A stretch of 64,000 bases of DNA from NCBI GenBank assembly GCA_036172245.1, contig JAYWIR010000070.1:248001-312000 (forward strand), given 5' to 3'. A program made the position numbers and the translations under genes. The notes below the pieces were generated by a model. It was not told where the DNA came from, did no database searches, and saw only the letters and a list, made by a program, of their open reading frames with translations. This stretch comes from Raillietiella orientalis (Eukaryota). Positions 37,801-49,440 of the stretch are shown one piece after another (positions within the stretch are counted from its first letter, which is position 1; each line of letters opens with the position of its first letter).

Positions 37801-40800
37801 GGAAGGGAGACGCCTCAGGGTCCCGAAAAGGGTGTCGAGGAGTCCGCGCGTGCACCAGCGACCCCCGTGCAGGGTGCGAGCGGCAAACAAGTGAGAGGGA
37901 GTCCCGCACGAGCGCCACCTTCGGCGGCCGCGGCCGCCTTCTCCGTCGGAGCGTTCGTCGCGCGCCCGCGGAGGAACCCGCGTGCCCTTGAAAAGGCACA
38001 CCAAACGACAGGAGGACCCGATCAATAAAATATGCCTCGTTGGGAAGTCCGGAGCTATGCGCCGACCCTTGCTCCAGCAGCCACGGAGCCATAATAAGAA
38101 AACGTGCTGGGAATGCCGCGAGGTTCCCATCCTCCAAAGATGCAAACGGGTCCGAGAATGAAAGAAACACACTCGCGGTCAACCACTCCGCAGAAAAAAG
38201 AAGAAAAAAGGGGAGGGGGGAAGGAAAGCTGGATTCAAAGATGCCTGCAGAAAGCAGGAGCAAAGAAAAGATGAATTCTGCAGGTACCGTCTACGTCCTC
38301 TCAATCAGGGAGCGGATAAATCGATAGGCAATGCTGAAGCAGTTTCGTGTTGAATTCCGGGACAAGCGGCAGAGGAAGGAGAAGGAGTGCCTTTCTGAAG
38401 CGCCCCGGGTCGGGAAGCGCTCCTTCCATGCGACATTCCTCGACTTCCTCACTTCCTCACCGATTCCACCGCGATGGGCAGAGCAAAATGCAGCACCACC
38501 GTCTCTGCCAAGGGCACTGGCGTTGCTGATTTGAGCAGGCACCAGAAGGGCTCGGAGGACGCAGTCTACTGGCGGCGGCAGAGCGCCGTCCTCGCTTCGA
38601 GCTGAGTCTCTGCCTTCGCTCAGCTCCGATGTGCCCTCCGTCAAGGAGCGGCAAGCGATGGCACTGCAGCTGGAGGACGTGTAGGCATTGCTGGCTGGCG
38701 GAAGTAAGGGGCAGGAGGCTGCGCAAGGAAGCGCCAAGGGGAGGCGGGAAAAAAATCCGGTGCGCTGTGATCTGGATCTCGGCCCTCACTCGGGAGGAGA
38801 AAACCGCCGCTATGGAGATCAGCGGTGCGGGGACTCGAGGGATCAGCTAAGCGAACCATCAGCATGTGCACCCCGGCACCTCTCGAGAGTGATCAGTGCA
38901 AAGATCCAAGCAATGAGATCGGATCTGCATCCTTGGAGGATGGAATGCATTGCACTGTGCAGGAACTTTACGAGAAACTGCGAGGAGTAATGCATTACAG
39001 AGGCTGCTCCGGCGCAGCAGGAATTTACGTTCCTTCTGCTGGCATCTGTTTTTGTTTCCTCTTCTTCTACCAACATTCTGGTCAATTCTGTGGGAGGGTA
39101 ACTCCATCCTGCCTTCAACTGTTTTCATTTGCCTTCGAATCACGGAATTCGCATCTCAGGAGCATCTTCTAATCATCGAAAGATGCTAAAAAGAGAGGAA
39201 TATTTTCAGAGAGAAACCCCTCTCCCAGTCTGCGGTTACGCCGGAGAGTTTCTTCAAGGCATCCGCATTGGTTTTCCATCTCTTAAGACTCGTCGGAGAG
39301 TAATTTTAGATGCGCTACCACAGATTCCACTCGTGCTAGCATCCGGCAGTTCTAATTCGTATTCCTCTCTGGCATCCTGAGAGCGTTGCTGCTTTGATCG
39401 CTGTTCCTGCCGCAGCACCGATTGGCCCGGCCCACGCCAACTGTACAGTTCGTTCATTGGGAAGAGCTAGAATACTCAGCTGCATCCATGGAAACTTTCT
39501 CCAAAACTGAAGGGTATGGTCAAAGGTGGAATCAAGCCCTTCCCGTAGTCAATCCCCAAGTGAGCCGCCATTTGAAGACTTGCTCAACCTATTAGTCCTC
39601 ATCGTACTCAAGGAGGCGGTACATCTCCAGTCTTATCGACTCCTCGACCCATCAGTCCCCTTTCTGGTTCCTCCCATGTTCGATACCCTAGTCCTCTGGC
39701 ATCTGAATTTCCTCTTTCAGCCCTTATATCATCCGGAAGCCCTTTAGACTTCGAATCCGAACAAGCACCAGGAAGTTTTTGTTCTTCTTGAAGCGGGCCA
39801 TCGAATTTCCCAAGTCCTGGTTCAGAAGAATCTTTGCTTCCTGAAGATGAACTGGGTTTCGTCAAACAAGAAGTATGAAGGCAGCACATATCAGGAGGAG
39901 TAGGGGACTGCGAGTGCGAGTGCAAACCTTGGCATGGAGAAGCAGAGGATATGTGAGTATTTCTGAGCTCTGAAGAAGGGAAGCTGAACGACTGCAGCTC
40001 ACAGATGGGAAGGGAGATGTTTCGAAATGAAGATTGCTCTAAAAAGAGGCAGTGCGAGGTGCAGATCTGACCACTTCGACGAGCGCTGTCATCCTAAATA
40101 CCATCGTCAGTAGATCCCCACTGCCCACCAAAGAGATGAGGATCTCAGCAGATGAGAATCATTGAAAGTCGCTTCTCTTTCGTCCCATGGAACAAGTTGC
40201 GTCGCCTGGTTGATGTCACGTGCGCTTTTCTCCAAACCATCTTTTCGTTCTCTTCGGATCGGTGATTCCTTAGCACTGGGGGAAGGAGTAGGTTCTGTGG
40301 GGCCGGTCTTTCGGTGGATTTTTCCGAAGAAAAAACTACGCAGGAGATGAGCATTTCTTCACTGCAAGAGATAACCAAGGATGATTTTTTCTAAATGGCA
40401 TTTTTCTACTGTTTCGCTTACAGCACATGATTCTCTAATGGAGAACAGGTTGCTGTGATGTTGGTTGTTACCAAGGTCGATTTCCTTACACGATCGGAAG
40501 GTAGAAATTTCCTGGTCTATGTTCCCTTGAACGAAACCTAGATGGAAGTTCAGGAAACACAGGAAGATTCATTTGAAATTTAATCTCTAAGTGGGGTTAA
40601 TTAATTAAGCCTTACTCTGTTTGATAGGGTCCCAAGAATTTCGCTGTCCTAATCAGCAGATGTCCATTCTCCAAGAAGCGCTGTACTGAGACCCCAACAG
40701 GCGCCATCGGCTCCTGCTCGACTCCCTAGGGCTGCACCACTCGTGAGATTCTTCAAATGAATACGTCCGGCGTTCACTTCCCCTCATCCACTTCGCCTTC

Positions 40801-40999
40801 GTGGGAACGGTATGTTTTGGGATCTCACGCTATTCGAAGGACGCAGTCCCCGTTTCAAGGGCGCAGGTTTCCGTTCACAAAGCACAAAGTGAGATACATC
40901 AATGAGTTATCTGACTCAACATCACCTTGTCACATTAGAGATATCTCGCATTCCGATGTGGACGGCCACTCACATTCGTGGTGATGGGCAGACGTGATC

Positions 41000-41710
41000 A
41001 GCCTTTGGATGTTGATCTCCTGAAGATTTCATAGAGTCTGTATAGGTACACTACAAGTCGAATTCTTAAGGCTTGTGATCTTTATGTGCTGGGATCAGTT
41101 CTGAATGCCCAGCAGTTTCCAGCATCAAGTCATAATTATTACCCTAGAGATCACCTTCGATCACTGTATAATTGCTCAAACCTTCCACGTGCAAAGACTA
41201 TGTATCCTCCTACTCACGTTCTGTGAGTGGTGGGCTGATCCTAAAATTACCGTAATGCAGCATCTTCATTTCCTAAATTCAGTTTCTTGTACTCGCCACC
41301 AAATAGGTGGCATGCCATATGTTCAGCTGATAAGAACAGATTTTATTTCGCGATGTAGGAAATCCATCAACACATAAGAGGAAAGGAGGAAGCAATTTAT
41401 CCGATGCATTCTGTACATTCTACAACCACTTATCTCCAGTTCAAAAACACAACACCCCATTATACCAATATATACATCTTCATCCCAATTGCTCCTATAC
41501 ATACAACAGTTTCGCTAATTGGCCACAGCCTCAGTGGGCATGCTATCCGACTCGAGAATGATGACAACTAGGTACCTTAGCCTACCATTCTTTAAGTTTG
41601 AATGACTCCTCAGCATCTCGCACTATGGGGCATGCGCGATTCTTGTGAATTCGGAAAGATTGCATGGTCACCCTCCAATATCGGAACTTCGTGACTTTCT
41701 CTACTGCCAA
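41000..41710 (-). mobile_element. Highly decayed LINE RT C-terminal fragment
   Basis: Minus-strand AVEKVTKFRYWRVTMQS (41707-41658) resembles the LINE RT motif E.V..FKYLGVT; a later RLYEIFR resembles L..LYKI. Many stops. Confidence 0.35.
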
Positions 41711-44700
41711 TGGAGCTTAGGACAACACGTTGGTCAACACGAGGCAGGGATTCTTGACCCCTATCCTCTCAAAAAAACGGGTTAAAACCGCGTGCTTTTA
41801 TATTCGCACTCATGAATTATCCATCTATGGTTGCGTAGAAGCTACTCGTGGTGGGAGAGAGAGATTATGTAGCTGATAGTGGCCAGGAGAACTCTCAAAG
41901 GAGTTCATTTCTTCCCGCTGCTTACAAAGGGTCCAGTTCGTCAATCCATCATACAGAAAGGCATCCAGTCTCCATGCATGATCTTTCGAACAGGCGCCTT
42001 CGATAGAGCATCCTTCGAAGACGAAAGCAAACGCCTGCCTATTCCAGTTTCTGGCGATGAACTCCAACGATTATTCTGATGCTCCATCAACAGAAAACAA
42101 CTTGCTCATCTCTCCTCAGAAAAGTCCTCGTTTAGAAAAGGTGCAGTAATCAGAGAAATCACGTCGAAAAAACTATCCCCAGATTAGAAGACGCATAAGG
42201 AAAGCCCATTCGAAGGGTCGACTCTTGTAAGTCCCTAGTGCTGGCAAAAAGGTGCTCAGGAGATTTGTGCATCTTCTGCTTCTGCTTGCTGTAATACAAA
42301 TGGGCTTACTGTACGCTTACGTTTACTGTGGGAACATCTGAAATCTAGAAGTTCTCCTGCGAGAAGAAGAGTTATATGACTTTAAGCGAGGAATTTCACC
42401 AAAAGCTGTGAATTCAGATCGTCTGGTCCAAAAATGTTCTTCGCTGAGTGTCCCGACAATCTGTAAGTAGAGGGGTTAGATGGTCAAAGCATGAGATTCT
42501 CAAAAGCCCTCTCGAAGATCGGCCACTACAATCAGAGAGACTGAGGAGCATGTTTTGGCAGGATAAAATCCAAGTTCGACCTCCGTGAAGTACTAGAAAA
42601 CAAGCGATCTGTAGAAATAGTCAGGGTGAAAAATAAGCCATCTCAGAACGCGTGCCGAAGAAGGAATTCCTTTAAAAAAATGCAGAAAATACGCCTGTAA
42701 TGCTCGACGAAGGATACCCTTGTACATTTTACACTATCCAGGTGTATACATCGGTAAAGGGCATTGGAATTTGCAATCTTTTCAGGGAAAGCGGAATTAA
42801 TTGCGATGCCCCCGATGCGGTCATTTATTCTCAAGGTCATCTCATTTTGGGTTTGTGATTGCGGCGTACGGAATCGACGGGTTTCTTCGGCTGATTCTCA
42901 CCGCAATCTTCCCAGCCCCACCGTTTCTTCCTTGTCCGTAGCAAAGTGCAGGCACCAGTTTCTTATGGAGAAGAATCAGCTTAAAAAAATCCTCTGATGC
43001 TGAGAGAGGTTTTAATTCAAGGTGTTTTGCGCTGCGAGACCAGATCCATAAAAATTTTGCAACATGGATTCGAGAGCCTGTAAGGATCGATGCATTCCAG
43101 ATTCCAAAATATCAAGATGATGGACCTCATGCCCTGATTTCGGGGATTTGCTCACTTTTTGCATCAGCGTCCGACTCTCCTCTCACATTTCTGACCTCAC
43201 TGCGTCTACGCAGCTCGATCCATGATAACCTCGGGAAATTCGGAAGACCAGTCGTCCGATTCCCATTCATCTTTTCATTGCGGGTTCCATCTTGGATTTC
43301 ATCTTTTCAGAGATATTGCTTCTTGAGAAGACAACCAAAGATGAATGGTTGTCTTCTCTGAACGAATTCCTTCCGCCGCGAGAAGCGAATGGTTGTTGAT
43401 CGAGAGAGAGGAAATCCCTACCTCATAAGAGTCCGACAGCAACCTGAAGCTTCCAGTCTCGGCCTTCAGCAGCCTTCAGCAGTAGGTCTGTTTGTTTTCT
43501 CTCCACTTCTTCGATCTCATCTTGTAAATAAACGTCTCTCAATTCCGAGAGTAATTTCCAAGGTTCCTTCTCCTCCAGCCCAGGTTGGAACGCTTCTTAC
43601 CTCGAGATGAGTCTTTCCCGTGTGCAGTACCTCCAGATCGTACACAGCACTCAAGGCTTTCTGTTGATGAGGCATGCAGCACCCCAATCATGAAGCATTC
43701 TGCTCGATGCAGATGAGGAGGGAGCGCTTCTATCAGTTCAGCTAAAGTCGAGCAAGGGATGGCAGGCCTCCACTTTTTCATCCTGGAGCTGCTCCTCTCG
43801 AAACGTCAAAAAAGGGAACCTGCACGCGACATCCAACGGGAGGAGGAAAGGTTCGAAGTCGCCGTTTTCTGATCAGCTTGCTTGACAGATTCGGGTTGCA
43901 TTGGTCTTCTGTTTGGAGCTTCTAGGGTAAATCCTTTCAAGGCATTTCGCTGCACTCATTATCATTGTTTCTCTATCCGAAGATACGCTGTTTATGGCAT
44001 CCAGAACCTACCCTGAGGCAAGGGGACAATGCAATCCCTTCCAGTGTTCTAAAGATTCAGGAGTTCGATTTAACCTAAGGGATTTAACCTAAGGGTTAGC
44101 ATGAGTCTCCGAGAAGATCGTTTCTTTCCTGTCTCTCGTTATTCGAAACGGAGTGTCAATCTGCATCTTCCGGAGACATCTTGACCCTTGCCGTAACCCT
44201 TGCTTGAAAAGGGCCTCGACTTTCCACCTCAAACGGTTTCGATCCCGTTTCACGAAGGCACAAGGCTGTTCCTGAGAAGGCAGGGAGGTGCCGAGGCACG
44301 AGGCAACTTCGGTCTGGCTCGAGCCAGTTTGCTTGCGTCATCACGGGTCATTGCCCACGATACTCTCCTTCAGCGTTTGCAGAGCTGCAGCTCAGAGGAG
44401 AGGACGTAGCATGCTTTCAGGGAAGCTTTTCAGATAACTTCTTGCAAGACAAAGCTCCATCCGACTACTTTTCCTTGGGAAGGTAGGATTTCTGGAATTC
44501 CCGGAGGACAATTCTCCCTGGGCACCTGCAGCAGTTTTCCCTGTGAAAAAGAAAAGACTTCCCTAGTGGCGTCGTTTGCGGAGACTGAGCATTTTGCCAG
44601 AGTGAGACGTCCAATGCCCCTCTTCGTTGTTCTTCATCACCAGAATAGAGATCCTGTCTCGACCACTTGAGCATCACAGCTCGGAAGGAGATGAGGATTC

Positions 44701-46971
44701 GAGATTCGGCTGATCTTCCCTGTAGCGTTCTCGAAGGTTCTTCCGCGTCCCTCGAGCTGCGTGGCCCCACCAACCGCTCCGGTCAGCATGTGAGTGCCCT
44801 CACGAGCGCTCCAGTTTCGATTTTCGGGTGCATCTGCTTCCGCAGAATTTTGCGCAATTAACTCTCCCGGTGCGGAGGACGCGAGGACCACGCCATGACA
44901 CTAATTAATCCAACGTGGTGATTATGATGAATGGGAAACCACGTGATCGATCCGCTCCGTCAAGGCGGGGGCGCGATAGTCTTCGAGAGCAAACACGGAT
45001 CGGTCAGAGAAAACAGTAATAAAAGAAGGACAGCAGCAGCAATTCGGATTCGGCTGCAGCTGTCACTCCAGGAAGCGAACATCCGCTCTTCTAGGGGAAG
45101 AAAGACGGAGGTGAACACGAAGGGGAAGGGGGGGGGGGGGGAAGAGAGAAAGCGTGTTTTCGCCGCCGTTGTCGGGAAAAGCCGCGTATGCTTGGGGATC
45201 AGAACACATGCCACCTAAGTGGCCGTGCCCCAGCCTAGGCCGTGTCAAGAACCGGTTGCTTCTGGATGATGACCAGGACTTAGGGGCGCGCGTTTTCGTA
45301 ATCTCCTTCGTGTTTCAGGCTGATTCACCATCCGCCTCTCTGGGAAAAACGGAAGAGGAGCACAGCCATCGTGGGATTCAACTGACCGCCGCAGCCAGAC
45401 AGTCCCTGCGAATGCAGATGCCTATCTCCATGTCACAGAATTCTTCGGCAGTGGAAAGATGTTCGTCTCTTCTATTGCCGTTGAGTCGTGGATTTTTGGC
45501 CATTGAGGCGCGCAACGCTTAGGGAAATCACTGAGGAAAGGTAGGAAAGCAAGGTGATCGAAAAATTCCAGGAATCTTTCAGAATACCTCGAATACTTCA
45601 GAATACTTTCGACAGGTATCTTTCGTTGTCAAGGAATCAACGCTCGCATTCGTTTCACTCTCTAGACGGATGTGGTCCAGCAGGATGATGCAAGATCCGA
45701 ATTTGGCATGCACAGCATATCCAATAAACTGCTGTCATCCGAAAATGATTCATTCTGAGCAGTGACCTAGAATGCTCTCTCTGCACATGTCCCATCTGTG
45801 CCGGACATTGGAGTGCAGACCAACATGTTATTCGCGCATCCTGCCGAAGCGGGAGGAACCTCGCGTTCTTTGAACAGCTCTTTGTTCTTCGGATCCCAAA
45901 CTCTCATGGATCCCACCATCAATGTTCGTTCGGGAGCTGGTACTCCTTTGTCGGAGAAGGGAATCGACAGTTTCTAGTATTTGATCTTCCTTTGCTCTAT
46001 GTCGCTGCCGAGTTCTCCCACGGACAGGAAACATCAAGTAAGAAGACTCGAGTTAGGAGATTTACAGCGTTGAGGAGGTTCAAGAAGAGTCACAGCTGTC
46101 TATCCTGAGTTTCTTCCTTGGAGAGATCGTACAAGTGGTCGAAATGATCGTGCCTCTTGGTAACGAGAGGAAAGGTCCCGTGAGCGCCAAGGAGTTTTTC
46201 CGCACCGAGTGCTTCCTGCACATTCGATCCTAGCCGTTTCTTACGGGTGCCACTGGTGGAACGGCCAGTGGGTAAGTTCAGTCGATCAGTGTGTCTTTGA
46301 ACCGGATGGGTCAGGCACCCGAGGAATTTAGAATCCAGGATCTTGGAAACGGATTCGACCTTAGAGAGTTTCAGGCGGTGCACCCTCGAGGTGGAACCAT
46401 GGTGAGCAGTTTGCGAAACTGTGCTGTCCGACTGCCCGCGACTATGGCCTAGAACTAAGGTCGAAACTTTTTGGAGCTCAACGGATTCATCTTCATGAGG
46501 CAAAGAACAATGGGAACGCCGTTTTTTATGATCTTAAGAGAAATGGGCGAGAATTATGGTCTCAGGACATCGAAACCTACGAGGATGATCTGAACAGACT
46601 GGATGGAACAATTTCGATGGAAACTATGAAAATCGGAATCCTCTAAGGTGTTCGAGCAATCTGCTATCATGACAGTTGGGGTTCAGCAGAACCTTTACCG
46701 ACCTGTTGGGAAAGAGCCATTTCTTGCCTTCCAACGTGCTTGCACCGCATGACAGAAGGTTCTCCAGGTTCGGAGAGTTCGACTATAGTCAAGACGAGGT
46801 TCGAAGGAAGGTTCGGAGGTAAGGTTGCCTGGAACCGTCAGCGCAGATCTTGTTGGTGATGGTAATCATTAAAAAAGAATCTGGAGGCCTGATGCAGAGC
46901 AGGATACACTTAAGTTGTGGACGAGGGGAACTCTGCCATCTGTTCTCTACGAAAAGTTTCAAGCATTGCAT

Positions 46972-47570
46972 TCATCTGTCGAATGGGAAGCTGTTGTGCG
47001 TCAAGCAGACATCATGATTGAAGAGTATACAGGAAGAGATCATCAAAAGCCTCATCTTCTCTGTGTATTTTTGGGGGACTTCCAGGGTCCAAAGAGTTGA
47101 ATCACTGAGCGGATCCCATGTTCCGAGAGGTCCAACAATAGAGACACTTTGCCTCCATGCCTTCATGGGACAGCTTGAGGGCAACATCTTGATACTTGGT
47201 TTCTTTTTCTCTCCTGGTTGTATCGAAGGTCTTCTTTCCTTCCTCAAAGGGACAGATAACATCTAAAACAACTGTCCTGTTTCCCTTCCTCAGCACTCAA
47301 TTAGGCTGCGAATCCAGACCCTCAAGTTTCTGATTCTCTAGAATCAGGGTCCATCCTGCTACTTAAACGGTGACTGTCTTCAGTCTTTCGACCATCATAC
47401 CATGCCTAGCTGTGTATAAGAGGCTTATGTAAGTGGTTGGATATGTGAGGCAGTGTCTCATCCCAAAAACCACAACCACCGCTGAACTGGTACGAAACGT
47501 CGTCAGCCACCGCCAAAGCAAGTTCAGTGTCAGAAAAGAACCAGCAATAAGATGATCACTGATTTCGAAG
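46972..47570 (-). mobile_element. Decayed 3' end of an RLE-clade non-LTR retrotransposon (NeSL/Utopia-like): zinc knuckle plus restriction-like endonuclease
   Basis: With frameshifts and stops: GCGFWDETLPHISNH (CCHC-knuckle remnant), YTARHGMMVERLK (RH motif), WTLILENQ, QPN*VLRKGNRTVVLDVICPFEEG (PD..D region), RREKETKYQ (K..KY), IVGPLGTWDPLSD (G.LG.W), KMRLLMISSCILFNHDVCLTH. The order and spacing match RLE tails. Confidence 0.85.
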
Positions 47571-48699
47571 TGGCAAGTTTCCCGGAAGCAGATCGGTTTC
47601 GGACCTGAAAAGAATGGAGGATGGATACTTTGAAATATAGTGCTGACTTCCCGGACGGTTCAGATGAAAAAGGAGCTGTGTGCACAATGGATATCAGGAT
47701 ATGCCAAGGTGGCAGTGGCGAGTTTCACTTGGTTTTCATTCTAAACTCTGAGGCTTGGTATTCCAGCATGACCGGATGTGCTAAACTGATAAACGCCGAC
47801 TTGATCCTCCACCTGATTTGAAGCTCGCGATGCAGTCAGCCTCACGCATCATTCAGAATGAAAGTAATTTGAAGTCATAATTAACAGCTCCTGTGAAAGT
47901 CGGGACGCTAACAGTCCATCTCATCCACGGCCAGGGAGTAGCAAGAACCTTCCGATTTTTTGATAATGGACTCCTTTCAATCCCTACTTCGAGTCCCCGG
48001 TTCATTACCTCCATGCTGTTGCCCAGTTATCTTGGATGTAAAACTGTTCGCCACCTTCGCTTCACATTTGTCATCCGATGCTGCTTTTCTCACTCTCCAA
48101 ATCTCGAAGATTCATCTGGGTATGGAGAGGAGAGGTCACTCAAGGTCTTCTACCTCTCTCGAAGCTGACACAGCACTGAGAAGATGATTCTCAGATAATA
48201 ATTTTATTTTTTTCCGATCTTAACCCGAATTTCTAATGACTGCAGCCTACCCCTTTTGATCCACTTTCCTCCATCCTGCCATCTACTTTTCAAAGAGCGA
48301 TAAGCACACGTGCACACAGGTTTGCTCCAGCACTGCCAACTCTGCACAGCATACTTGTGCAAGGACTGAGTCAGATTCGATCCCAAGAAAGACGCAGCAG
48401 CGATCCATAAGCCATAAATAAATGATGCTTCGATAAGCGTCTAAGATTTCCATATTGCAGCAGGGCCTTTCATTTATTTGCTTTTCTTGTTGTTGTCATA
48501 ATTTTATTTTCTATAACCAGCTAGTAGAAGCCAGGATCTGTTCATGGAGCATTCTCCATGTTCCCGTTTCTCTTACAGTGACTACGGAAAGAGGCTGCAG
48601 TCAGCGTGCCATACTCGCTTCCCTCGAAGGCTTAAGTTTCGAGTGAAAAAGGTCATCACATACATTGAAGTCTCTCATTCTCAACAGATTTAATTCTTC

Positions 48700-49440
48700 T
48701 AAGGAAAACATTTCTCTCAGTTCAAGTTTCTTCGATCTTTGATCTCAATCGATGAAAGTGTTGACTGGAAGACGTTGAGTTGCAATAGAGGATGAGTTTC
48801 CTCGTCCTTTCAAATCCAGGGACCGAGTTAGATGCAACCCTTTGCAGTTGAAAAGAAGCACTAGATCTAATGGGACGAATGAATGCTACCTGTACCAATC
48901 GGTGCTTGCACTCTGATACTTGGCCCAAACTGTCGACAAAGTTTTTGGTACAGGTTACATATTGATGTCACAGATGCTGACAGTGTGTCGGAAGAAGGCT
49001 TACAGTTTCTGTTTCTTGGAGTGCTGCGATTTTCCCTTCTCTTATTCTCACTTCTTTCTAGGCTAGCAAGGATGATTATCGATCTTGCTGGTCTGGCTAG
49101 TGTGACTTTCTTTGAATGTCTTCATACGAGGCGTTCAAAGCTAACATAGTCACTCCACCCTCTCGGCATGGATGTTGTGGCAAACGGTGTGAATCCAGGG
49201 ATGGAAATCGTACCGCAGTCTCAAGTCTTCTGAACTTCTTCAGCGTGCCTAAGGGTTGATGTTGCTTGCACAAAGGCTAAAGATCCGAAGGAAGCTCACT
49301 CTTCCTGGTCACTGTCCATTCTGCAGATGACGTCCGTCTTTCTCAGCTGTATGCTATATCCGAAGAGACCTTTCTACAGTCTCCAGAGATGCTGCAAAAC
49401 TTGGAACTTTTGCTCACGTCGACCAAGAGCCATCACAGCT
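48700..49440 (+). mobile_element. Decayed CR1/L2-type LINE reverse transcriptase fragment
   Basis: Motif remnants in the expected order across frameshifts: ISLSS (48710), TCTN (about 48888), IDVTDADSVSEEGL (48961; cf. lDfskAFDsV), VVANG (49174), VPQ (49210), SADDVRL (49320), CKTWN (49393). Confidence 0.55.

Noticed and set aside
11187..38300. Many overlapping 100-350 aa ORFs rich in Arg/Pro/Ser/Gly
   Set aside because: They occur in all six frames of GC-rich, stop-poor DNA and show no domains; only the EGF exons are convincing.
44067..44094. 14-bp tandem duplication gatttaacctaagg containing TAACC
   Set aside because: Only two copies; not a telomeric array or CRISPR, likely replication slippage.
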